Below, piece after piece: positions 18,647 to 27,660 of a stretch of DNA of 64,000 nt (position 1 is its first letter; the number at the start of each line of letters is the position of its first letter). Under the pieces are notes generated by a model. It saw only the letters and a list, made by a program, of their open reading frames with translations. It was not told the origin of the DNA and ran no database searches. Location of the stretch: the NCBI GenBank assembly GCA_024641705.1, contig JAHECO010000001.1:195897-259896 (forward strand), written 5' to 3'. This DNA comes from Candidatus Kryptoniota bacterium (GTDB taxonomy: Bacteria > Bacteroidota > Ignavibacteria > Kryptoniales > JAKASW01). The position numbers and the translations under genes are program-made.

Positions 18647-19045
18647 GTGAAATCGAAGCTCGTGACCAAGCAGTTCGGCGAGTTGGAATTCGACGAGAGC
18701 ATCGTGTATCATTTCCCGAACGGTATCCCGGGTTTTGAAGAACTTCATAACTTCATTATAATAGACGATAAAGACACCGAGCCTCTGAGGTGGTTGCTGT
18801 CGACGGACGACCCGAACGTCGGCCTTGCACTGCTCGAGGCTTCTCTGGTTGCGCCTGAGATTTACCGGGAATTGTCTGCGGAAGACGGTTCCTCCACCGC
18901 CTTCGCGGTGGTGGTGTTGCGCCGGGATCCGGAGCCCATTACGGCAAACCTCAAAGCTCCGATTGTACTCAACCATGCTTCGAAATCGGGCAGACAAATA
19001 GTTCTTAATTCGGACAGGTATTCCACGGAATACAAAATCAATTGA
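18647..19045 (+). CDS. fliW: Flagellar assembly factor FliW (CsrA antagonist)
   Basis: FGELEFDES.VY.FP.GIPGFEEL..F.II......PL.WL.S..DP.V.L. GTG start at 18647 preceded by GAGGAG; the ORF-track N-terminal extension overlaps motB. Confidence 0.85.
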   Translation: MKSKLVTKQFGELEFDESIVYHFPNGIPGFEELHNFIIIDDKDTEPLRWLLSTDDPNVGLALLEASLVAPEIYRELSAEDGSSTAFAVVVLRRDPEPITANLKAPIVLNHASKSGRQIVLNSDRYSTEYKIN

Positions 19046-19060
19046 CCATGGAAGGCAAAT

Positions 19061-19342
19061 ATGTTAGTCTTGACAAGGAAGTTAGGCGAAGTAATCAAGA
19101 TTGGCGACAGGATTAAAGTAGTCGTCGTATCCGTTGAAGGCGGGAGTGTCAAGCTCGGGGTGGAAGCCCCCGACGAGATCCCTGTCCACAGGGAAGAAAT
19201 ATACCAGAAGATAGCGTCGGAGAACAAAGCGGCATCCGCCCAGATCGACAGGGAGAAGGCCAAGACGCTTAAGAACATCCTCCCGAAGTCGGATCAGGCC
19301 GGGAAGAAGGGCGCTGCAGGGATCGGGGAAAAAAATGCCTGA
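19061..19342 (+). CDS. csrA: Carbon storage regulator CsrA with an extended C-terminus
   Basis: MLVLTRK.GE.I.IGD.I.V.V..V.G..VKLG.EAP..I.V.REEIY. Confidence 0.9.
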   Translation: MLVLTRKLGEVIKIGDRIKVVVVSVEGGSVKLGVEAPDEIPVHREEIYQKIASENKAASAQIDREKAKTLKNILPKSDQAGKKGAAGIGEKNA

Positions 19343-20051
19343 AGCGGTACCCAGGTCGGTCCTCGTTATCGACGACACGAAGATAGTCCAGCGGTTCGCC
19401 GAAGATTTCTTCAAGCGACTCAAGCTCAACGTATTCCTGGCCTCGGACGGTTATGAGGGGTTACAGGCTGCCCTCTCGACGAAACCCGACCTCGTCTTCC
19501 TCGACTTAATGATGCCCCGCCTGGATGGCTTCAAGACTCTGCAGGTGATGAAGTCTAACGAGTTAACGAAGAATATACCGGTAATCGTAATGACCGCATA
19601 CTCGGACAGGATAAACGTTGTATCGGCGAAGAAACTCGGGGCGGCGTCAGTGATCACAAAACCGCTCAGCGAGGAGGTGCTTCTCCGCAAGTTGAAGCAG
19701 GTCTTCGGCGAAAAATTCGTGAAGTCCGTCCTGCCGGCGGATCCGAAAGCGAAAGAGAACCCGTTCGGCGTAAACGAGGAGGAATACGGCGATGTCGTGC
19801 GCGGCATGGTCGAGGAGTTTGTGAAGTTCTTCTCGGAACAGGTCGACCGGCTCGAGACCGCGGTGCACAACGAGGATGTTGAGGTTGTACGGAAAATCAC
19901 ACACAATATCCGCGGGACCGGCGGGTCCTTCGGGTACGATGAGGCGACCACACTCGCGACCCGCCTGAATCAGACTGTCCACGCTTCCCCTGTCAACTGG
20001 CGGGAAGCGGAGGAACTTGTGGTCCAGTTGAAGAATAGGCTTAAAAGATGA
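19335..20051 (+). CDS. Response-regulator receiver domain fused to an HPt phosphotransfer domain
   Basis: REC motifs (VLVIDD...; [13 protein letters not shown]; PVIVMTA). The C-terminal HPt signature is [16 protein letters not shown]. 8-nt overlap with csrA. Confidence 0.8.
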   Translation: MPEAVPRSVLVIDDTKIVQRFAEDFFKRLKLNVFLASDGYEGLQAALSTKPDLVFLDLMMPRLDGFKTLQVMKSNELTKNIPVIVMTAYSDRINVVSAKKLGAASVITKPLSEEVLLRKLKQVFGEKFVKSVLPADPKAKENPFGVNEEEYGDVVRGMVEEFVKFFSEQVDRLETAVHNEDVEVVRKITHNIRGTGGSFGYDEATTLATRLNQTVHASPVNWREAEELVVQLKNRLKR

Positions 20052-20431
20052 AAGCTCTTGTTGCAGACGATGTCCCGATGATCAGAAAACTCGTCGAGTT
20101 TCACTTGAAGCAGATCGGGTTCGATATCTCCAACGCGGCAGACGGCGCCGAGGCGCTCATGCTCGCCAGTAATTCTAAGTTCGACCTGATACTCCTCGAT
20201 ATCATGATGCCGGAGATGGACGGCCTGGAAGTCCTGCGCAAGGTACGCGCCGGATCGGTCAATAAGGAAACTCCCGTCATTATAATGACGGCGTACGGAG
20301 ATTCGGCGAATGTAAGGAAAGCCGTCGAATACGGCGCCAACGATTTTATAGTTAAACCGGTGGAGCAGGTGTCGTTCCGGAAGAAGGTTATCGATGCCGT
20401 CAACAGCAAGAAAGCAGAAAAGGAGAAATGA
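20048..20431 (+). CDS. Single-domain CheY-like response regulator
   Basis: ALVADD.., DLILLDIMMPEMDG, PVIIMTAY, K at FIVKP. ATGA overlaps on both sides. Confidence 0.85.
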   Translation: MKALVADDVPMIRKLVEFHLKQIGFDISNAADGAEALMLASNSKFDLILLDIMMPEMDGLEVLRKVRAGSVNKETPVIIMTAYGDSANVRKAVEYGANDFIVKPVEQVSFRKKVIDAVNSKKAEKEK

Positions 20432-21948
20432 AGCTCTCCCTCTCGATGATTGTGAAGAACGAAGAACGGTTCCTGCCGGGCTGCCTTGAAAGCGTGACGG
20501 GACTTGTCGATGAGATCGTCGTGGTGGACACGGGGTCGACGGACAGTACCAGGGAAATCGCAGCCGGCTTCGGTGCGAAAGTGTTCGACTTCGAATGGTG
20601 CGACGACTTCTCGGCCGCAAGAAACGAATCCCTCAGGCACACCACCGGCGACTGGGTCCTTTACCTCGACGCCGACGAGAGAATCTCGCAGGTGTACCAT
20701 AAGATGATCCGTAAGATGATGGCCGGAGGCGAGGGGGATGCTTTCCTTCTCAACCTGAAGAGCAAGATCGGCACCGCCGAGGATTCCCAGTATCATCTCG
20801 TCTCCTACCCCAGGTTGTTCAGGAAACTCGCCGGCGTACGCTTCACCGGCAGGGTCCATGAGCAGATCACGAGCTCGCTGAACCAGGTCCGGGCAAGGAT
20901 CGCCCCTTCGGATGTAATCGTCGATCACCTCGGCTACGCACAGGATGATGATGTTATACTCGAGAAGGCCCGGCGCAACTACAGCCTTCTCCTGGGGCAG
21001 GTGGAGCGGAGAGAGAACTACGGCTATGCCCTCTACCAGCTGGGTCAGACGGAGGTCATCCTGGGCGAAACAGAGAAGGGCCTGAGTCGTCTTCGCGAGG
21101 CGCTCGCCGCCGGTGGTTTCGGGAAATCAGTCGAGGCGTCCATCCAGGGTATCATCGCGGAAAACATGTTGAAGAATGGGGACGAGGAGGCTGCTCTCGC
21201 GGCGTGCGACAAATCGCTTGCAGCCGCTCCGCAACAGGCTTTCGCAGTGATACTCAAAGGCGACATATACATGAAGCTCGCGAGATATGACGAAGCCGAG
21301 AAGGCCTTTGCGGATGCGTTGAAACGCCACGAAGGAGGCGTCTCCGACGGCAAGGCGGACACTGCGATCGAACCTGTTTTTCCGACAGAGGTGCTCTACT
21401 CCAGGCTCGGCCGCGCGGCCTCTCTGGCCGGAGACTGGCCGGTCGCCGCTTCATTTCTAGGGAGAGCCGCGAAAGAGAAGCGACGGCCGATGAGCGTCGC
21501 CGCCTATTTTGATGCGCTGCTCCGGCTTAAATCGTATGAGGAAGTACTGAGGGCAGCGGATGAATTCAGCGATTTCGAAAATGAAGATTGGTATCTCAAG
21601 CTTGTCGCATCGGCGCTTATCGAGACTGAAGACTTTGCCAGAGCCGCAGGACTTCTCGGCAGGGTCGTCGATCACGATCAGGCATCGTTGTCGAGTCTCG
21701 CGAACTGCAGGATGAAAACCGGTGACCTTGAAGGATGCGAGTCGGCATTCAACCAGGCGATCGCTCTCGGGTACAACGATCCGCAGGGATTGGAACTCCT
21801 CGGGCTCGTGCAGTTCAAGCTTTTCAAGTTCCGGGAAGCGGCCGAGACTCTGACCGGAGTCCTTCAAGCAGAGCCTTCAAACCAGCGGGCAATGAAATTC
21901 GTCCAGGCTGCCAGGGCGCAGATCGGGACGCAAGCGCTGGGCAGGTAA
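20428..21948 (+). CDS. Family-2 glycosyltransferase fused to TPR repeats
   Basis: N-terminus LSLSMIVKNEE..L..CL.SV....DEIVVVDTGSTD.T..IA..FGA.V..F.W.DDFS.ARN; C-terminal ~330 aa is TPR-like. Confidence 0.8.
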   Translation: MKLSLSMIVKNEERFLPGCLESVTGLVDEIVVVDTGSTDSTREIAAGFGAKVFDFEWCDDFSAARNESLRHTTGDWVLYLDADERISQVYHKMIRKMMAGGEGDAFLLNLKSKIGTAEDSQYHLVSYPRLFRKLAGVRFTGRVHEQITSSLNQVRARIAPSDVIVDHLGYAQDDDVILEKARRNYSLLLGQVERRENYGYALYQLGQTEVILGETEKGLSRLREALAAGGFGKSVEASIQGIIAENMLKNGDEEAALAACDKSLAAAPQQAFAVILKGDIYMKLARYDEAEKAFADALKRHEGGVSDGKADTAIEPVFPTEVLYSRLGRAASLAGDWPVAASFLGRAAKEKRRPMSVAAYFDALLRLKSYEEVLRAADEFSDFENEDWYLKLVASALIETEDFARAAGLLGRVVDHDQASLSSLANCRMKTGDLEGCESAFNQAIALGYNDPQGLELLGLVQFKLFKFREAAETLTGVLQAEPSNQRAMKFVQAARAQIGTQALGR

Positions 21949-22001
21949 GCGTCCGGCACAGCAGGGGAACTTTCTCTCCAGGGTTGAAATGTCCGATAAC
22001 G

Positions 22002-22023
22002 GCGCGGATCGCGCGTTTTCTTG
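22002..22023 (+). terminator. Candidate intrinsic terminator closing the flagellar operon
   Basis: GCGCG-GAT-CGCGC stem-loop (22002-22014) followed by GTTTTCTTG. The stem is short, so this is weak. Confidence 0.35.
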
Positions 22024-22060
22024 ATTCACAGGGCTGTATATTCTAACTTAAGAAAGCATT

Positions 22061-22996
22061 ATGGCACGAGAAGAAAGTATTGCAGAAATTTTCAATATTA
22101 GTCGTTCAGAATCGGACAGGGCGGGCTATATAGCAATTGTAGGCGGCGGTCTGATGGGCAGAGGAATCGCCGAAACAGCAGCAACCGTCGGCATCAATGT
22201 GCTCTTGCTCGAGCGGGACGATGAATCGGCGGACCTGTGCAAACAGCGTCTGTCGGAAACGCTCGATACCGAGATCGAGAGGTGGGCGCTCACGAAAAGC
22301 GAGAAGAAGGCGATCCTTTCACGCCTCAAGTTCTCGATCGACCTTAGCGACGTCGCGGAATGCGACCTTGTCATCGAAGCGGTCGACGAGGAGTTCGCGT
22401 CCAAGAAAGCCGTCTTCAAGGAACTCGATAAGATATGCGATCCTAATACCGTTTTCGTTTCCAACACGGCCACCCTCAGCCTGACGAAACTTGCCGAGGC
22501 GACGTCGCGCCCGGACAAGATAATCGGCATGCACTTCCTGAACCCGGTTCCGAAGGTGCCGCTTGTGGAGGTGATCCGCGCACTGAAAACGAGCGACGGG
22601 ACTTTCAAGCGCATAAAGAAATTTGCCGAGGACATGGGAAAGACCGTAGTGGAGGTCTTCGAGTATCCCGGGTTCGTAACGACAAGGGTGATCCTCCCGC
22701 TGCTCAACGAAGCAATGCAGGTCCTCCTTGAAGGGATAGCCACGGCGGAGGGCATAGACACCGCCATCAAGCTCGGCTACGGACTGAACGTCGGCCCGCT
22801 GGAAATGGCGGACTCGATGGGTCTGGACGAAGTCTTGACATGGCTCGACACGATGTACCACGAGCTGGGGGTCGCCCAGTACCGGGCGAGCCCGATACTC
22901 AGAAGGAAAGTACGCGAGGGACATCTAGGGAAAAAGACAGGCCAGGGTTTCTTCAAGTACGATGAGTCGGGAAAGAGAATAGAAATCAATCAATAG
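22061..22996 (+). CDS. hbd: 3-hydroxybutyryl-CoA / 3-hydroxyacyl-CoA dehydrogenase
   Basis: NAD fold IAIVGGGLMGRGIA; blocks DLVIEAV.E....K...F.ELD and GMHF.NP.P...LVEVI; C-terminal G.LG.K.G.GF..Y. Confidence 0.85.
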   Translation: MAREESIAEIFNISRSESDRAGYIAIVGGGLMGRGIAETAATVGINVLLLERDDESADLCKQRLSETLDTEIERWALTKSEKKAILSRLKFSIDLSDVAECDLVIEAVDEEFASKKAVFKELDKICDPNTVFVSNTATLSLTKLAEATSRPDKIIGMHFLNPVPKVPLVEVIRALKTSDGTFKRIKKFAEDMGKTVVEVFEYPGFVTTRVILPLLNEAMQVLLEGIATAEGIDTAIKLGYGLNVGPLEMADSMGLDEVLTWLDTMYHELGVAQYRASPILRRKVREGHLGKKTGQGFFKYDESGKRIEINQ

Positions 22997-23023
22997 CTGT
23001 CTTTGATGAAAACGAAAGCCGAA

Positions 23024-24307
23024 ATGAAAGTTCTTGTTTTAAATTCCGGAAGTTCCTCCGTAAAGTATCAATTTATCGATTTGAAAGACCGCGTAGTTCT
23101 CGCAAAAGGGCTCATCGACCGCGTCGGCATGAGCGACTCTGTTGTCACTCACGAGCGGTATGACGGCGACAAAATCAAGATCAGTGCCGAGGTGCTCGAC
23201 CACCAGACGGCGATAGAATATGTCCTTGCCGTTCTCCTCAGCAAAAACCACGGTGTCATACAGGATAAAACCGAAATCGACGCCGTAGGCCACAGGGTCG
23301 TACACGGCGGCGAAAGTTTTTCCGAAAGCGTGCTCGTGGACGAGAAGGTAATGGACGAAGTCCGGGAGAACATCGAGTTGGCACCGCTGCACAACCCGCA
23401 CAACCTTCGAGGAATACAGGCTGTGCTGAAACACCTCCCGGGCACACCGCAGGTTGCCGTGTTCGACACCGCATTTCACCAGAAGATGCCCCCGTATGCT
23501 TTCCTCTACGGGATACCGTATCTGCTGTACCGCCGCTACAAGATCCGGCGCTATGGTTTCCACGGGACGTCGCATTTTTATGTCTCGCGCAGAGCCGCGG
23601 AGCTGCTGGGCAAACCGATCGAGAAGTTGAAGCTAATAACGACGCATCTCGGGAACGGTTGCAGTATGGCCGCCGTCGACGGCGGTGTGTCCGTCGATAC
23701 GTCGATGGGTTTCACCCCGCTCGAGGGTTTGCTGATGGGAACGCGCAGCGGCGACCTCGACCCGCAGATAATACTACACATAGTCGGCAGGGAAGGCCTG
23801 TCGCTTGCGGAGGCCAACACGCTTCTCAACAAGCACAGCGGGCTTCTGGGGATCTCCGGCCTGACGAGCGATATGCGTGAAATCATTACGGAGAAGAAGG
23901 CGGGTAACAAGCAGGCCGAGCTGGCGTTCGAAGTCTTCACGTACAGGATAAGGAAATATATCGGCTCGTACGCTGCCGTCATGGGCGGCGTCGATGCCAT
24001 AGTCTTCACCGGCGGGATCGGGGAGAACAGTCCCGACGTACGCGCGGAGAGCTGCAAAGGGCTCGAGTTCCTCGGCGTCAGCATAGACGCGGGGAGAAAC
24101 AATTCCGAAGAGAAAGAGAAGCTCATCAGTGCGGATTCCTCGAAGGTAAAGGTATTCGCCCTTCCAACAAACGAGGAGCTGGTCATAGCTCTCGACACTG
24201 CGAGAATTGTCGAGGGTGCCAGACATCCCGCGGCACATCCTGATCATCAGCGGGACGGAATTTCTTCCGGAAAGGTGGAGCATGAAAAAATTAATTCTAA
24301 TCGTTAG
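23024..24307 (+). CDS. ackA: Acetate kinase
   Basis: MKVLVLNSGSSSVKYQ, HRVVHGG, FDTAFH..MP, RRYGFHGTSH and PTNEEL.IA.DT motifs. Start chosen by homology logic; the ORF extends to TTG 23003. The C-terminus is ~30 aa longer than I expect. Confidence 0.9.
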   Translation: MKVLVLNSGSSSVKYQFIDLKDRVVLAKGLIDRVGMSDSVVTHERYDGDKIKISAEVLDHQTAIEYVLAVLLSKNHGVIQDKTEIDAVGHRVVHGGESFSESVLVDEKVMDEVRENIELAPLHNPHNLRGIQAVLKHLPGTPQVAVFDTAFHQKMPPYAFLYGIPYLLYRRYKIRRYGFHGTSHFYVSRRAAELLGKPIEKLKLITTHLGNGCSMAAVDGGVSVDTSMGFTPLEGLLMGTRSGDLDPQIILHIVGREGLSLAEANTLLNKHSGLLGISGLTSDMREIITEKKAGNKQAELAFEVFTYRIRKYIGSYAAVMGGVDAIVFTGGIGENSPDVRAESCKGLEFLGVSIDAGRNNSEEKEKLISADSSKVKVFALPTNEELVIALDTARIVEGARHPAAHPDHQRDGISSGKVEHEKINSNR

Positions 24308-24431
24308 CGCTGCGGCTGCCGCAGTAGGGATCGCTTATCTGGTCGTAAAAACGGTGGAAGAACTTCGGTTCGAAGAAGATGAAGAGTTCACTTCGGCCGA
24401 TGTCGAGTCCCAGCTGCTCCAGCACGAATAG
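24282..24431 (+). CDS. Possible 49-aa single-TM protein
   Basis: ATG preceded by AAGGTGGAG. Hydrophobic N-terminus (LILIVSAAAAAVGIAYLVV) and acidic tail; overlaps the ackA 3' end by 26 nt. Confidence 0.3.
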   Translation: MKKLILIVSAAAAAVGIAYLVVKTVEELRFEEDEEFTSADVESQLLQHE

Positions 24432-24439
24432 AGCGGAAG

Positions 24440-25213
24440 TTGATTCCCAGGGTTATAGGAGTAGTTCACCTCCTCCCGCTTCCAGGCTCCCCGCGGTTCA
24501 ACGGCTCGCTTGATGAAGTATTGAACCGGGCAGCCCAGGACTGCGCGGTCTACCGCAACGGAGGAGCGGGAAGTCTTATCGTCGAGAACTTCGGGGATGC
24601 CCCCTTTTGCGCGGGCAAAGTCGAACCTGTCACCGTGGCATCGATAACGAGGGCCGTGGTTGAATTGAAGAAGGAGTTTCCGGATATCCACTTCGGCGTC
24701 AACGTGCTCCGCAACGATGCGGAATCTGCATTGAGCATAGCTCAGGTGACGGGCGCCGAGTTCATCCGCGTGAATGTCCACGTTGGTGCTGTCGTGGCGG
24801 ATCAGGGGATAATTGAGGGGCGGGCGTCCAAGACCCTTCGCTTGAGGAAGAATCTGAATTCGGAAGTCGCGATTCTCGCGGATGTGGATGTCAAGCACTC
24901 GGCTCAGATCGGTGACTACGACATCTATACGCAGGCCGCCGACGCTCTGGAGAGGGGGCTTGCCGATGCCATCGTGATCAGCGGGTCCAGAACGGGACAG
25001 GCTGTCGACGTGAAACAGCTCCGCCGGCTGCGTCGCGAATTACCCGATGCAAAGATCGTCATCGGGAGCGGAGCGAGCAGCCGTAACGTTAGAGATCTTC
25101 TCAAGCTTGCCGACGGCGTGATCGTCGGGACATCTGTAAAAACTGGCGGGAAGACTTCCAACCCTGTCGATTCGAAACGTCTCAAAGATTTCATGCGGGC
25201 CGCGGCGTCCTGA
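24440..25213 (+). CDS. BtpA/SgcQ-family TIM-barrel protein
   Basis: IGVVHLLPLPGSPR... and later ENFGD.PF motifs typical of the BtpA family; TTG start. Confidence 0.75.
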   Translation: MIPRVIGVVHLLPLPGSPRFNGSLDEVLNRAAQDCAVYRNGGAGSLIVENFGDAPFCAGKVEPVTVASITRAVVELKKEFPDIHFGVNVLRNDAESALSIAQVTGAEFIRVNVHVGAVVADQGIIEGRASKTLRLRKNLNSEVAILADVDVKHSAQIGDYDIYTQAADALERGLADAIVISGSRTGQAVDVKQLRRLRRELPDAKIVIGSGASSRNVRDLLKLADGVIVGTSVKTGGKTSNPVDSKRLKDFMRAAAS

Positions 25214-25236
25214 GCGGCCTCCCGGCCGTTGCACGA

Positions 25237-26202
25237 TTAAACCCTTTCCAAGAGCATCAAATCCGACCTGTATTTTGCGAACATAGCCTTCCTCTTTTTT
25301 GACATGAGAGGCGAGGCCAATCTCAACAACCAGGCAAACGGCATCTCTCTCTTCAGTCGTTTCCCCTCTCCCGTCGCGGACCTAATAGCTGCTCCCCTCC
25401 AGCCGTACGTCCTGAAGAACTTTATTCCCTCAGCCGGAGCGAACTGCATCCTCGCTTCCCCCGTGCCGAATTGTCGTCTGTAAGTCTTGAGCGTCCACTC
25501 CAGCAGCTCCGGGGTAGAGTACTCCGTTATCCACCATTTGAAGTTAGCCTGAGAGTGCAGATCCGTCGCAATTGATGCAACTTCCTCTCTCTTTAAATAG
25601 ATGAGAAGGCCTTCGGTGAGGGCCACCGCACATCTCGATTCGCCGTTAACGCGCTCGAGAAGCCTTCTCCTGGCAGGTGCATCCGTTATGTCCATCTTTA
25701 CCCGCTCGAGAGAGCAGACCGGGACATAATCGGCGAGTAGCCTCTCTTTGTAAGTGAGTATGCCCGGGAGGTCTACTTCAATCCAATGTAAGTCCGCGGG
25801 AAGTCCGAGTCGGTACGGTCGCGCATCCAAACCCGCACCCAGATTGACCACGGTGTCCACTCTCTCTTGCAGCACGCAGCGCTCGATGTATTCGTCGTAG
25901 ACTGCCGTGCGAACGATCGTTCCCCACGAGCTGCTTCTTCCATACCGAAGGCCGCGCGCGATTTTTTCGCCTTCCGGTCCCGCAAGCCTTCGCGCGAATG
26001 GGTCTTTAAACAGCGCATCCCTGCGTTCTGTCTCCATGGCCCTGTGAAGCGCGATCCATCTTGCGGTGTCGGAGATATGGGAGATAAGTGAATCAGTTGT
26101 CTGAGTCGGGTTTTCCTTCTTCAATCTTCTCTCCTCTCCGGGGTTGCTTGATGCCGGTGCCCGATCGGCGGAGCACCGCTTTGTCCTTGATAACGTGTGC
26201 AC
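25237..26202 (-). CDS. Class I SAM-dependent methyltransferase (LCMT / TIGR00027-like)
   Basis: SDTARWIA..RA.E..R.DALF.DPFA..LAG ... VVNLGAGLDARPYRL. An alternative TTG start at 26124 is preceded by GGAGAGGAG. Confidence 0.7.
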   Translation of the reverse strand: MHTLSRTKRCSADRAPASSNPGEERRLKKENPTQTTDSLISHISDTARWIALHRAMETERRDALFKDPFARRLAGPEGEKIARGLRYGRSSSWGTIVRTAVYDEYIERCVLQERVDTVVNLGAGLDARPYRLGLPADLHWIEVDLPGILTYKERLLADYVPVCSLERVKMDITDAPARRRLLERVNGESRCAVALTEGLLIYLKREEVASIATDLHSQANFKWWITEYSTPELLEWTLKTYRRQFGTGEARMQFAPAEGIKFFRTYGWRGAAIRSATGEGKRLKREMPFAWLLRLASPLMSKKRKAMFAKYRSDLMLLERV

Positions 26203-26298
26203 CGTTGCTGTCGTTTCAATTTAACGGGGCGGAGCCGACGATGCACGACGCCCGAATTCTCTTGTCATTCCGTATCAATCTGTTTATTTTGACAGAAC

Positions 26299-27660
26299 AT
26301 GGGAGCGATTCTGTCGGAGTCGGTGCATTCGTTTGAATTCAGTGAAGCTGCGGTGGTTGCCGGGGCCGATCCCATCATCAGAGTCCTCATCTACTTAATC
26401 ATTATGCTCGTTGCGGCCAAGCTGGGCGCAGAGCTGTTCGAGAGGGTGGGTCAGCCCGCGGTTCTCGGCGAACTCATCGCAGGTGTCATACTCGGCAACA
26501 TCGTTCTGCTCGATGGGAACTGGAGTTTCTTCGAACCGCTCCGGGCCGCGGTCCTGACAGACCACGCGGCGATCGGGATCGACATACTCGCCAAGATCGG
26601 AATAATCATCCTCCTGTTCGAAGTAGGTCTCGAGTCCAGCGTCAAGGAAATGAGGCGCGTCGGGATATCATCCTTCCTCGTCGCCGCTATCGGGGTTGTG
26701 CTCCCCTTCGTGCTCGGCTATTTCGTTTCGGCGGTCTTCATCACGAAGGTGCCGAAGGAAATTCTGGCAATCTCTCCGAATTTCAACATAAACAACATTC
26801 ACATGTTCATCGGTGCGACCCTCTGCGCCACGAGCGTCGGCATCACGGCCCGCGTATTCCAGGACATGGCGAGGATCCAGACGCCGGAGGCGCGGATAGT
26901 TCTCGGTGCCGCAGTCATCGACGACGTGCTGGGGCTGATCATACTCGCCACGGTTTCCGCGATCGTTTCATCGGCGGAGACGGGAAAGGACCTCTCGCTC
27001 CTGGAAATCGTCAAGCTTACGACGATCGCCATCGGGTTCCTCGTGGGCGCGCTGCTTGTGGGAATCTATTTTGTCCCCCGGGTGATGAGGGTGGCAGCGA
27101 AATTCAGGACACAAGGCCTGATGCTGATCACTGCCATCCTTCTTTGCTTCGGCCTCTCGGCTCTGGCGGGCGAAGCGGGGCTGGCTTCGATTGTGGGAGC
27201 ATTTGCCGCCGGCCTGATACTGGAAGAGATACATTTCCGTGAGTTCGGCACCACCGTCGGTATAACAGCCCTCATCCAACCGATCGCCACAATCTTTGTG
27301 CCCGTGTTCTTCGTGTTGATGGGGATCCAGGTTCACCTGGAAAGCTTCTTCACGCCGGCAGTGCTCGGGGTCTCGGGCGGTTTGATAGTCGCGGCGATGA
27401 TCGGGAAGCAAGTGTGCGGTCTCGTCGTCCGCGAGAAAAACGTCGACCGCGTTACGGTAGGTATCGGGATGATCCCGAGAGGCGAGGTCGGATTGATTTT
27501 CGCCAGCATAGGAAAAGGACTGGGAGTTATCGATAACGAGATATTCTCGGCGGTCGTGATAATGGTTATCGTGACGACGTTCGTCACGCCGCCGCTGCTC
27601 AAGTGGTCGATTGCGCGTGCAGAAAGGAAGGCCGCGTTGAAAAAGGAGGACGAGGAATGA
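26299..27660 (+). CDS. Cation:proton antiporter (CPA2 / Kef-type Na+/H+ exchanger family)
   Basis: Polytopic protein. Blocks AKLGAELFERVGQPAVLGELIAGVILG and GMIPRGEVGLIFA. Confidence 0.8.
   Translation: MGAILSESVHSFEFSEAAVVAGADPIIRVLIYLIIMLVAAKLGAELFERVGQPAVLGELIAGVILGNIVLLDGNWSFFEPLRAAVLTDHAAIGIDILAKIGIIILLFEVGLESSVKEMRRVGISSFLVAAIGVVLPFVLGYFVSAVFITKVPKEILAISPNFNINNIHMFIGATLCATSVGITARVFQDMARIQTPEARIVLGAAVIDDVLGLIILATVSAIVSSAETGKDLSLLEIVKLTTIAIGFLVGALLVGIYFVPRVMRVAAKFRTQGLMLITAILLCFGLSALAGEAGLASIVGAFAAGLILEEIHFREFGTTVGITALIQPIATIFVPVFFVLMGIQVHLESFFTPAVLGVSGGLIVAAMIGKQVCGLVVREKNVDRVTVGIGMIPRGEVGLIFASIGKGLGVIDNEIFSAVVIMVIVTTFVTPPLLKWSIARAERKAALKKEDEE

Noticed and set aside
21991-21999. GTCCGATAA resembling the sigma-28 -10 element GCCGATAA
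   Set aside because: There is no TAAA-type -35 at the required ~15-nt spacing. The site lies downstream of the flagellar operon and upstream of hbd, which is not a plausible FliA target.
22021-22042. TTGATT ... TATATT upstream of hbd as a promoter
   Set aside because: The spacer is only 10 nt (22027-22036), which is incompatible with a sigma70 promoter.
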